Shown in pieces: positions 52,220 to 64,000 of a DNA stretch of 64,000 bases. The position numbers and the translations under genes are program-made. Positions within the stretch are counted from its first letter, which is position 1. Every line of letters starts with the position of its first letter. The notes under the pieces were generated by a model, which saw nothing but the letters and a program-made list of their open reading frames with translations, ran no database searches and was not told where the DNA came from. This stretch comes from Tubiluchus corallicola (lineage: Eukaryota > Animalia > Priapulida): NCBI GenBank assembly GCA_030141605.1, contig JAQGDQ010000386.1, forward strand, positions 62,001 through 126,000, written 5' to 3'.

Positions 52220-54591
52220 GAATATTCGCAAATTAGAAATTGCAAACTTTCATAACAATCTGGGCAATTTAAACTTAAATTTGTTCATTATAATAGGTTA
52301 CCCATTCATAGAGCACGCTAAGTAATGTCTCAAATATGTGAAGTCATGGTTTGAAAAAAGACAAGACCAAAATTGTTAAGCAGTCAGGAACAGAATTAAA
52401 AAAGTAGTCTGCTTTTCAATAAAAAAAATCGATTTTGTTATTGGATGATTTGTTTTAAGTTTTTTACTAGATTGTGGATTGCTAAAACACATTTTTCCTT
52501 ATATATGTATAAAGTGAACAGCTTTTTACAAAATATATAAAATAAGTAAAATGAATTATTTAGAAAGCCTATGATGCTTTAATCATATAAATATCACATA
52601 GCTCTGTTAAGGAAAATAGCCTTCCAGCCTGCCTGACAAAATGCAGTTCCAAATTTAGGCCTCTAGGCCTAAATATTTAGTCACATAAACAATAGCTAGT
52701 TCTGCATAACAAGTTGAAAAAACAGGCCTAGGAGCCTACCATAGAAAGTGCATTTCCAAAATCACCATTGTTCGCATATGCAGTAGGGCTCAGTACAATA
52801 CAAAATAATAATAATAATAATGATGATGATGATGATGATTGCCGATAAAAGTGTTTACAATTACCAATGGAATTTTTTTCGTAGCTTTTCGTTCGACAGC
52901 CACTTTCATTGTGCTTAGGCACACGTAGTCATGTACGCACACACGTGAATGATCCACGCACATTTTTAGCGAAAAGCAAGGAGGCATTGCTTCACCTACG
53001 TTTATGTAATATATTATAGATTCTTAAGATGCTGGTTTAAGTTTATGTTTAAATTTAAGTTAATTCCGGCAACACTGTCACCTAAAAATAGGTGCCATAG
53101 AATACTGCAGCACCTGCGTCATATAATGGCTTGATAAATATTAAAAAAGATAAAAATATCAACCAAAATTACAAGAATGGCTGCAATGGGTTCAATAATT
53201 AATACAATTACATTCATTTCTTAAAAAAAATGATTACCAGGACACTATTCGGGTTTGATCAATCTGATAAGTTTGACTTGGTATGTAAAAAAGTAGATAA
53301 ACATTAATATGGAATACTCGTGTATTACTGATAAAACATCTATTTAATGAATAAATTATTTTGTAAGTCTTTGCCAGTCCATGTAAAACCAATATAGGTA
53401 TATTTTTGTAATTTTTATTTGCACTACACTTTTTGAATAAAAAAACAAGAGGAACAAATTTAAGATTGTCCCGCTTCCGAGGAAATATCTGCTTCCTACT
53501 GAATGTATTCTAGTTTTATTATAGAAATCACTTATTATCTGCATCAAAATAACGTATGTGCAATTTTTTCCTGGGCCATTTTTTTCCGTGACATTTTTAC
53601 CTGTGAGATTTTTACCTACTTTAAATTTGTGTCATTTTTCGTGCCATTTTTTCCTGTGCCATTTTACCTGTGCAATTTTTACCGTTCACCAGGTGCGTCG
53701 ACTTTCAATTACTTCTGAACAGTGTAAAGAATTTTGAGTTCAAGTACACTGCATTAAAAATTGCCTATTTTTTAACTTAAGTGGGGGCAAAAATTCAGGT
53801 GGGCAAAAATAAAAAACTGCAAAGAAAGTCTCGCAATTGCGTCACTTTTAATAAAAATCTGATGACTGCACGACATGCTTGATTCTGCCCTATTTTAAAC
53901 AACTTAAAAGAGTTACAAAATAAGAAAATTTTTTATTAATAGGCTTATAAAGTGGCTCATTAATGCCTTATAATGTCACGTTCAGACTAGTGAGTTTTCT
54001 CCATGACAGCAAACTCACAAATATGAATTGCTTTGTGAATTATTGCCAGCAAGAAATTGCAAACCCAAAAGTAGTTGCAAGTTGGTTAACTGTCTAGTGT
54101 GAACACTTCAAACTTGTTACTTTCGATATTTTTTGCAGAAAACAGAAAGTGAATGTCCCACTTACTTTAGGACAGTGGCTCGCACCAAGTTGTGCTCTCT
54201 AGTCTGAACACGCTTGCGAGTTACTTGGCAACTTAACTTGGAAAGTATTAACTTGCATTAACTTAAACCACAAATACAATAGGAAAATTCATTTTTAAAT
54301 TTCAAATTAGAATTTTTCAGATTATGACGTCACTGTAAAAACCCGCTTTTATAGTTTTTCTACAATGAGGAGAATATTCTAAGACGTAAATGAAAATCGC
54401 CAATCATTCCATTTGCTATTGTTTTGCTAAAAACTTTTTTGCATTAGAATCATCTGAGATTTTGTTGGCAAATAGAACCCAGGTCACAAATATCAATCAA
54501 ATCTGCAAGAGCGTCAGTTTCCTTATTCAATTGATTGCAGCATGCACTAACAAATTGAATTAACTCGTTTAATTAAAAACAACTTTCAAAA

Positions 54592-54866
54592 ATGTCTGAG
54601 GGGCAAATTGGACAAGCACCACCTCCGTATTCTGCACCTGGAATCAAGGGCGTAAGTATACAGTCTTCGTTATAAAACATGTAGTCCTATCAATAAAAAC
54701 AGCAAACCGTACATAATCTTTAAACCTACCCATCTCAGCGTGAATATTTAAACTTTAAATGATGATGGTGATAATGACGACAACGAAAATAATAATAACA
54801 ATAACAATAATAATAATGCTGATAATAATAATAATAATAATAATAATAGTAATAATGATGATGATG

Positions 54867-54907
<41 letters not shown>

Positions 54908-54934
54908 GATAATGATAATGATAATGATAATGAC

Positions 54935-55026
<92 letters not shown>

Positions 55027-55070
55027 TAATTGATAGTAATAATAACAATAACAATAATAATAATAATAAC

Positions 55071-55106
<36 letters not shown>

Positions 55107-57703
55107 TGATAGTAATAATAACAATAATGCTAATGATAATGATTAGAATGTTTAAAATCAGCTTTCAATTCAACAGAAGCCTGACTTCTATACCACGATG
55201 CTTATATGTGTACATTTACATAACAGAGGTCATTACTACCCCATTTTTCCCACTAAATCCCGCAGGTCAGGCTGGGTAAACAACAGGTATCATTTGTAAA
55301 GTCTTTGGTACACACTGGCTGCAATATCGAACTAGTGCTCTCTCAGATGGAAAGCGCATGCGTGATAACTAAACTGTACCGTCTGCCATGTGTTTATAAA
55401 ACAACATTAGAAGTTAAAAAATTTAATTGAGTATTTTTGCTAGTTAGATTATAAGAATAACTAAGTTGCTGAAAGGAGTAGGCTTCATTTTGTTATTCTT
55501 ACTTTGAACAACAACGGATTTTTAAGAAAGTTTGTTTTACCTGTAATTGTAAGGATATTTACAGTACCTGTTATAGAATTGTCCTCTGCACAGGCCCAGT
55601 GGATTACAATTTCGTCTGATAAAGAGATAAGGGAGGTACAACTATTGATTGGAAAAGTTTCTGAAGATACTGACACACAGAAATGAAAGAATCCCATTAA
55701 GACAAAAAATGGCGCCTGTTTTTAAAATGTCTTAAAGGTACACGCCTCATTTGAAGCTTTCCAAGAAAGAAATTGTAGTTAAAGTTAAACCATTATATAA
55801 GTTCAGAGAATTCGAAAACCTATTACAGCAGCTAAAACTACTGAAAAGCTACAAAAGTAGTTATTAACACTAACCCAGGGACAAAGTGAGAATATTATAT
55901 TTTGGTCCGTATACGGGCTTGCATGATTTTATTTTATTTTTCACTTAATTTGGAAATGTTTAACTAAACGTAAAGCTTTGGCACCAACGAAATTTTATAA
56001 ACCAGGAGAAGAGCTCAACTAATTTCCTTCTTTGTTATAAAGAACATGTATCTCTCAATAACGTATATATTAATACTAATGAATCAGGCCAAATAATCAA
56101 TCCGTTATATACACATAGAAGTCATTGTATACATACATTGCATCTATGGTGTGGCCGTATATCAGATCATTGACTTAAGACCATTAAGTTGTTTTCAGTG
56201 GGCCATCCTTTTTCAGACATGTGCCATGTTTACATAAGAATTGGCACAAGACACTATACAGATTTCCACCAACATCCGTCACAATATCACTGACATTTTT
56301 CAGTACCCGATTCAATCAGGGCCAGGCGGGAACCAAGCTTACCAAACTCAACCACCCGTTGCAACAATCATTGTTGTGGAAGACCAAGGAGCTCCCAACA
56401 ACTTGCCCATGGCTATTATTTCTTGTTTCTGCTGTTTCTGGCCTGCTGGGCTTGTAGCAGTGTACTATGCTCTGAAGGTGAATATGTTTAACATAATGAG
56501 TCAGCATGAACCGATGCACGTAACAAACGAATCAGTATATTTGTTAATTACAATAGTTGTTTAAAAGCAGGAAGTGACTTTTAAGGAATCTCACATAACG
56601 GATGTTCGACAGACTGACTGACCGACCAACCAACTGAGATTGAAGATTGGAAACCAAAAAAGGAAGGAAAACAAACTGGCAAATATTTAAATATCGAGTT
56701 TTAGAATGTGTCAATTCACCCCTAAGGTCCCCACACACTGTAACGGTCAATAATGCATTAACGACAAATTATTTTCTTTTTTCAAGATGTGCGCATGAAA
56801 AACATTTACATTTTTTCTTTTATGCTATTAAAAGAAAATCTCACAATCTGAACATTTAGATGAGAGTTATAAATTAGGAGGCCTGAAATTTCGCCAGACC
56901 TTAACAAACTCAAAGATTTTGAAGTCCACATGCAGTAGAAGTTACTAATTATTAGCATGTTACTAGTTACTAGTTGCTAGTTACTAATTGTGGTTTTTCA
57001 TTAGCTGTCCTTAGAGAGAAATACAAGTGACAAAATATAGTCTGGCATTTCACTCAATCTCGAGCCGAGGCTTAATCTGTCAATCAAGTTAACTTTACAG
57101 TTACCTGGTCCTGTGTTTGTTCAAAATTGCAGCTTAAACATAAGAAATAGCAACTCGGTGCCACCAGCAATTAGAAGACCTGGTGTTCGAATCCCACACG
57201 TTAACGATTCTGAGATTTTTTTCTGAATTATTAACAGTAACAATAGGAAAAATCATGAGGAAGTAACATACCACCAATACGTCAGATCCAATCATCCGAA
57301 ATCTCTATCTTACAAACAGTAGAAACTGGAAAGACTGTAAATAGCAATATGCCACCAATACATTAGGTTCATTTCTACACCCACCGAACTAAGTAGGCCT
57401 AGGCCGCAAATATGTTTTGTTTTTATTAAGGCTGCTTATTTTTAGGTCGACCAATTCAACTCAGAAGGTCGGTTGGCAGAGGCCTGGGCAGCATCAAAGA
57501 AATCCAAACTCTGGAGTGGAATTTCTTTGGGTCTTGCAATTAGTATTGCTCTCATTCTTTGCATTTGCTTGAGTGTTGCAGACCAAAAGTCACATGATGA
57601 TGATGATGATGGCAAGCACAACAATATGCCTGAAGCAGAACATGAAAGCTATGTTTTAAGAATGAATCCCAATGGAAAAAACAAGCTTATTTGGAAGTAT
57701 TAA
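54592..57703 (+). CDS. CD225/dispanin membrane protein B (recent paralogue of A)
   Basis: Exons 54592-54651 (MSEGQIGQAPPPYSAPGIKG), 56304-56477 (..PNNLPMAIISCFCCFWPAGLVAVYYALK), 57446-57703 (VDQFNSEGRLAEAWAASKKSKLWS..IWKY*). Confidence 0.92.
54760..55145. repeat. (AAT/GAT)n microsatellite in dispanin B intron 1
   Basis: Direct reading. Confidence 0.95.
55175..55385 (-). mobile_element. Decayed tRNA-derived SINE-like sequence
   Basis: B-box-like gttcgat on the minus strand followed by gtaccaaagactttacaaatgatacc, a layout typical of tRNA-head SINEs. Confidence 0.45.
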
Positions 57704-58647
57704 GAACATCCAGCAATTTTTGTAACAAAGTACACGATTTGAACTTAAATTTGTATAATTATGATAGGTTACCCATTCATACAACACATTCGGCAATGTC
57801 TTAAATACGTGAAGTGATGATTTGAAAAAATACAAGACTAAAATTGCTAGGTAACCAGGAACCAAATTTTAAAATCAACAGCATTTCAATAAAAAAAATC
57901 GATTTTCTAATGGATGTGTTTATTTTAAGTTGTTTCTGGTAGATTGTGGATTGCTAAAACAAATTTTCCTTATGTATGTATAAAATGAACAGCTTTTTAC
58001 AAAAATATAAACTAAGTAAAATAAATTACTTAGAATGCCTATCGTGCTTTAATCATATAAATAACATAAATTATGACTGTGTTAAGAAAAAATAATCTAC
58101 TAACCCACGTTCCAAATTGAGGCCTGTAGGCCTAATAAATGACAGACACAAATAACAGTTAGTTCTTTTTAAAACCATCATTGTTTGCATATACAGTAGA
58201 ACTCAGCACAATACGTTACAACAATAATTATGACATTTAGAGAAGAATAATTTTCTTAAAATCAAATACTCACTAGCACAATGAATCTGGTCCAAAACTA
58301 ATGTCAGTGAGTCTAAGACTAGGCCTATATACTGCTGCACATGCATGTTCCTCATGCAGGCATCGTCCTCGGTCTAGTACCTGAGCACCAGTCTGAATAG
58401 GACTGTGTTTATTTTTGTAATGTTTTGCAAAGTGTGGTTCGTGTAGTTCGCAACAGCCTAATTAATACTGTTGTAAAGCATAGACATTGAGAAGTACATT
58501 AATTGAACATTAGCCTGCTGGTCAATAAGTTTTAACAAAAGTCTAATCATGTTGTGAACGTTCTGCATTGAATCATGGATTTCCAAAGTACGCGGACGCA
58601 TTTTCATGTGCAGAATAATTTATTATATAAACCAAGTCCGTAAAACG

Positions 58648-59697
58648 ATGGGCGAAGAGGAAAAGGACGGTGTAGCGAAGGTTGCTTCATCGCCGTCGTC
58701 CGAGGTACCCCCATCATCTACGGTATGCCCTTTATTAAATTACTTACGCCAATTTTCTAATAAGGCAACGCTTCGCTGATTCTTATTGTTCGCTTTTTAA
58801 GAGTCTATGACTGACGCACTGGAATAAAAATGAATTGCAGGCTACCAATTCAATAATAAAAGTCATTCTGCACTTCACATTTTCTGAGCATTGGAAATCT
58901 AAAATCTACACGAAAATCTTTTTAGTATAGATTGCCAGGTCAAGTGCTAGAGACCACTGCTACAGAACAGCCACCAAAAATGAGGTTCATGGATGAGGCG
59001 ATAGTTAATAAACAATTACAAGGCTTACAGGAGATCCCAAATAATCTGCTGTTAGCAATTTTGGCGTGCCTGTTTTGCTTTTTCCCGACTGGATTAGTAG
59101 CCATTTATTTTGCTGTGAAGGTAAATCAGTTACAACACAATTGCTGTGCGGCGTTTAAATGTTTACTTTTCTGTTGTCAGGGAAATTGGAAACGGTTGCA
59201 AAAATAATCGCCATTAACCGATATTTTTCGTAGCATATTTTTCAGCAATTCGTGTTCAAATAAAATTTTCTTATGACAGCCACCCAGTTTCGATTTCTGT
59301 TCCAAAAATAATGATTGGCCGACACATAATCAGTTTATGTATGAATGCCCATGCAGAAAAATGTTTGAATATGTATAGTGGTAATGCAATTTGTGCTTAA
59401 CTTGGTCATGGAAAATCAATATTTGGTCAGGGAAACGTCACAGAAAAGTCAGTTATTTTTCAATTCTGTGGAACCCTGTAAGCTCGTTAGTTTGATATGC
59501 GTACGTATGTAATTTGGTTAACTGCATCACGTATATTTTAGGTGGATAAGTACAACTCTATGTGCGATACTAGAAGAGCTCTAAAAGCTTCAATGCTAGT
59601 GAGACATTTCTCCATTGCTTCTGTTGTGTTAGGATTACTTATCCCCGCGGTTACATGCATGATCTACTGGGGAGTAGAAATATACCAAGCACCTTAA
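58648..59697 (+). CDS. CD225/dispanin membrane protein C (divergent paralogue)
   Basis: Phase-0 exons 58648-58722, 58926-59120 (..IPNNLLLAILACLFCFFPTGLVAIYFAVK), 59542-59697 (VDKYNSMCDTRRALKASMLVRHFSIASVVLGLLIPAVTCMIYWGVEIYQAP*); same K|V intron position as A and B. Confidence 0.9.
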
Positions 59698-62600
59698 AAA
59701 CAACGTACTGCGCAACTCGTGGAAATTTTGTTTAAAAATTAATTTATAATTTACCTGGCAATAAAATTATGATTTAATTATAGGTTGTTGTTCTGTGTGC
59801 CTGGTTTGAAAGCATGTTTTCCATTTTTAATTTGCTTTGAACAACATGTCTTCACAAAAAATTTAATGTAGTCTAGTGCCTCAAAAGTTTTAAATTTCCA
59901 TTACATCTTAAATTGTATGTGCCTCAGTTTTGCATGACTGTGTTGTTACAGCCGTTTTAGTATCTAAATGGAATGTTTCCAGATTTTATTATTTTTTATA
60001 TAATTGTTACAAAAAATGTAAGATGAATTTTGACAATGTTTTACTTTGTAAATAGTAATCAACGTAGGTGTACTATAAAAATCTAGGCGAGTTTACAATT
60101 ACCAATTGAAATTGTCGACGAAACCACCCGGGCGGTCTTGGCAGCAACGTTTATTGGACATCAATTCAACCATCTCATTTCTGGATACATTTGTGCTGAG
60201 GATCAGGACCAACCTACCCACTGCCTCCGGCCCGGACGCAGCCAGACCTCCCGCCCTAAAACCTCCAAATTTCAATAAATTTATTTTTTTATGTATACTG
60301 CAAACTTTTCTAACGTTAACCTCCTCAAGACTTTGTCTTAACTGTTTCTTATTCTTAAACCGTGTAGGCGTTTCTCTAAGTTTACATCTCTGTTAAATTA
60401 GGGAAATGGCGTTGTGCACTCTTGCAATCTACTTTGAAGTAGGTATTATGCATTTTAGAAGTGTTGTACATCTCTGTTGTACAAGCGTTTTAGGACAAGA
60501 AAAGGGGTGCCTTAATTTAAGCAGCTTTCAGAAAAATCGCCTTAAAAATTATATTGCTTTACAGCAATTTTATGCGTATATCGTAATCGCGTTAAAAAGA
60601 TTTTTTGTTTTGTTTTCATTTTAAATCTCCCGCAACATTGTTCCGACCGCGCCATTACATGTCATCTATGCGAACGTAAATCAGGGAAAAAAGGCAACAT
60701 TAAATTATGTTCCAAAAAACTTTTGACGCAAATCTGCTGCAAAAACTTATGTAAATAAAATTATTAATTTAAACTATTCATTTTAAATAGGTAAAATGTC
60801 GTTGGATCATCCTCCAGGGTGCACCACTCACTAACAAGAGACAGTAATTTCAAATTTTACTTACTTAGTAACACATGTGTGCTACGAATGCTCTGATTAT
60901 TTCTTCAAACTTTTCGCTATGTTATCTAAACTTGTCTTAAACGATCTACCATTAAAAAGTCCGAATTCACTCCAAAATGCGGGCTGTATATGGATACTTG
61001 TTTTAAATAAAAAAAAAACACTCTACGATTTTTATTATAAGAACAATACCTTCCAAAGATTGGTTATGTATGTGGCCATATAACTATCAAACACAATTTA
61101 GAATAAAAACAAACACAAAAGCTTACCGCAGTTTGAATGTTAAAACTGTCCCTGTTCACCCGGTTTTACAGCAGGCTAGGAATGCTCTAATGTTTTTCGA
61201 ATTTTATGCAGTATTAGCCGAAAATGCTTCAATTTCTTACTCAATAATGGACGATTACAATTGCTGCCCCTAACTGTCAGCACGGGTGTTGCAAATTACG
61301 AGTTAAGATCATTGCTAATACAAGGTCCGTGTGCCCTAAGACAGCATGTAGCTCATTCGAAATTTTAAATATGTACTTTCTCTTTTAAAGTGCCATTCTC
61401 ACAGAAAACAAGAAATTCGTAGCGTAGTAGTAAGTGAAACAAAAATTGACGTGAAGGAATAACATCGGGTTTACCTTGGGGAGGTAAGGAATTAACCAGA
61501 TATGAAATACCATCACACCAGTACGACAACATACACACAAATTCAGAATTCATATATCCACGGCCATATTAATTAAATCATAGTTTTTTTCATTTTTTGT
61601 GCATAGTTGTAAATATGTTTGATTATCTGTATGTGAAGATCTAGCATCTTCGTGCATTATTTGACTGGCGTTAGAAGAGTCCTTGTTATTGTCTGCACAA
61701 TACGAGGTGCTCAATATAAACAAGCTAGGCCTATTCACAAGTTCTGGTTTCTCATTGAAGTGGTTTGTACTAATTGCAGGTGTTGTAACGCTTGTGGGCC
61801 TAGTAGTTAATGACCTATTATCTGTTGTGAACGGGGTCGGCAGTAGGCCAGGCTTCGATATATTTAAAGGATAAGGCCCATTTACTGCATTAGCATAAGT
61901 TGATTTGATAAGTTAAAATTACTGTTTTCTACAGAATAATAGAGCAAAAACAATGCAAACGTTGAAGTCATGTTGAGCTAGCCTAGTACCAGAGAGTCAG
62001 TTTGTCGAGCTAGCCTAGTACCAGAGAGTCGGTTTGGGAGATACAAAATGATCAGATACCTCCTGATTGGACATTACCGACTCTTTGCTACTCCTTAGCG
62101 ACTCTTTCCCACGAGTTTGCTGCATAAAAGGGCGTGATTTTGAGCACATTTCATCATTTTTCTCCTGCTAGGAGTTAAATGTACATTTTGGTGGTCGTCT
62201 TTTCGCCGAATCTTTGGATTCCTGACAGCTAATGTCGTGTTGACAAAAGGTATGACAGTAGAATATACTTTAAACGTTTATTGATACAGAAATATAGGTA
62301 AAACGATGTCTACATATAATGTCTTGTAAAAGCCAACTGCTAGTACAGAATATAGCAAAGCTACAGCAACCGTTCACTATTAGGTTAAACCCATTTTTAG
62401 AATAGGTAACAGATAGATAGAAGCCATATATACTACAGTAATAGCGGTTTTACAGGTTATTAGTCTAATTGCAAATTAAATGTATTTTTTATGATTTTCG
62501 GTCGTTCACAACGACAGCTAATAAATACTTAATTAAATTTAATTTTTAATTTTAATTAAGTTTCCGTTGCTATAGCTTTAAATTAAATGCCAGTTGGGAA

Positions 62601-62733
62601 TAAATAAATCGTTTTTCTTGCACGCAAAATACTGTGTGGGAATTCAAAATTATACGTTTTTTAAACAGTTAGTTCCGCCACTATATACAGTCGAGCCCCC
62701 CTAATTTTTTTTCGTGCACTACGCCCTTGGCCC

Positions 62734-62769
<36 letters not shown>

Positions 62770-62852
62770 CAGCTGCAGTAAAAATAAAGTATTAAACTTA
62801 TAAAGTTCTATTTCAAATTTATTGAATTTATTGGTTTATTGATTTTCAGAAA

Positions 62853-63272
62853 ATGGCTCGTACCAGGCAAACAGCACGTAAATCTACCGGAGGAAAAGCT
62901 CCAAAGAAACTACTTGCCACCAAAGCCGCAAGAAAGAGCGCACCAGCTACTGGAAGCGTGAAAAAACCACATCGTCAAAAACCTGGTACAGTAGCTCTTC
63001 GTGAGATTCGGCGTTATCAGAAAGGCACAGAACTTTTGATTCGCAAGTTGCCATTTCAACGTCTTGTACGCGAAATTGCTCAGGATCTTAAAACCCATCT
63101 GTGGTTCCAGAGTTCAGCTGTCATGGCTCTTCAAGAGGCAAGTGAAGCTTACTTGGTTGCACTTTTTAAGGACGCCAACTTGTATGCCATCCACGCCAAG
63201 AGAGTTACCATCATGCCAAAGGACATCCAGCTTGCACTTGAAAAACACCATCCAGAAAAAATAATTTTATAA
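62853..63272 (+). CDS. H3: Divergent histone H3 (variant or pseudogene) with aberrant C-terminus
   Basis: Colinear with H3 to A127 with 14 substitutions; RRIRGERA replaced by [11 protein letters not shown]; A31 and S87AVM90 are canonical-type; splice acceptor ttttcag| 3 nt before the ATG. Confidence 0.85.
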   Translation: MARTRQTARKSTGGKAPKKLLATKAARKSAPATGSVKKPHRQKPGTVALREIRRYQKGTELLIRKLPFQRLVREIAQDLKTHLWFQSSAVMALQEASEAYLVALFKDANLYAIHAKRVTIMPKDIQLALEKHHPEKIIL

Positions 63273-63297
63273 TATAAATTATGTAACTATATTTATA

Positions 63298-63336
<39 letters not shown>

Positions 63337-63399
63337 TATATTTATAAATTTTATAATATAGCTCTATGTAACGTAAAACAGTTCCTGTTATCAGTAAAA

Positions 63400-63900
63400 T
63401 GTAGCAAAATCACAATTTCCTGTCGGATAGATATAGTGGCCCTGAAAAGGGCCGGTTGGTTTTACTGTAGATACGTTATAGCTGTTGCTTTTTTTCGCTC
63501 TGTACGAACGATCTTTGTCGTTTATACACAATTTCATACGCTCTGTTAACTTGCTGACCACCAGCCTACTAAAATGCAAGCCATCTCTAAAGTTAACTAC
63601 TAAATTGTATTTCGATGTTCCTTCTAAATTATGGTAAATTTCTTTGTTTTAGATGCCTTGGTAATGAGCAATTTTGTTCTAAACCGGTCGGCAATAAATT
63701 TACCGCTGTGCTCGCGCATGAGCTGTCGAACGTATGTAGTTCGCATGCAGAGGTACAGCACCTGTTTTTTGAGCAATACGTTTCCGACAGCTTTCAAGTA
63801 TTCTGCCTTAATTAAGTCGTTTTTTATTTGCTGTGACAAATTGCGAAACTGCAGATGCTACTCCTTCATGTATTTCGGGTTTCACTTATCTGCTGTTAGT
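63400..63900 (-). mobile_element. Possible highly decayed Gypsy integrase N-terminal region
   Basis: LYLCMRTTYVRQLMREHSG..RF and KPTGPFQ resemble the HHCC zinc-finger region and the P..PF motif before the integrase core. Confidence 0.35.
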
Positions 63901-64000
63901 AAAGAGGCTGTTGTTAAAGGTATTAGATTATAATAGATAATTAATTATGTTGATGAATGCTGGTATGAAGCCAGTTAAGCAGTGGTGTTACGTGAGTAAG

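Noticed and set aside
50217-55124. Poly-N/I/L/Y/M ORFs (also 2928-3215, 18851-19051, 40715-40939)
   Set aside because: Translations of microsatellites.
57160-57200. tRNA gene (B-box gttcgaatccc)
   Set aside because: No complete cloverleaf; likely a SINE fragment.
61365-61960. Short minus-strand ORFs upstream of H3
   Set aside because: No recognisable domain or consistent splice structure; probably TE-derived.
62853-63272. H3.3 or CENP-A assignment
   Set aside because: Has A31 and SAVM rather than AAIG, and has a canonical-length tail and loop 1.

Overview
AT-rich, intron-containing animal DNA (an invertebrate, by inference) with no prokaryotic features. Host genes reconstructed from GT-AG splice sites and exon phases: (1) a minus-strand secreted or surface protein with signal peptide, two divergent SUEL/rhamnose-lectin-like domains and at least four EGF repeats, running off the left edge; (2) a plus-strand secreted PAN/apple + pentraxin protein; (3) three tandem CD225/dispanin (IFITM/PRRT-like) genes; (4) a strongly divergent histone H3 with a replaced C-terminus. 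Much of the rest is transposon debris: a Buster/Charlie-type hAT remnant containing a 3-kb, 33-bp minisatellite, Helitron-like copies, Kolobok-, Tc1- and hAT-type MITEs, CR1 and Rex1 LINE relics, and a nested BEL/Pao-Gypsy-solo-LTR cluster. The most unusual observations are an in-frame glycogenin N-terminal fragment inside a BEL/Pao gag, the multi-frame-open minisatellite that appears to have grown out of a transposase reading frame, dispanins with PPPY motifs and acidic/His-rich tails, and the H3 with K4R/G34S/E105K/C110Y. All family assignments are by eye from motifs; no searches were run.
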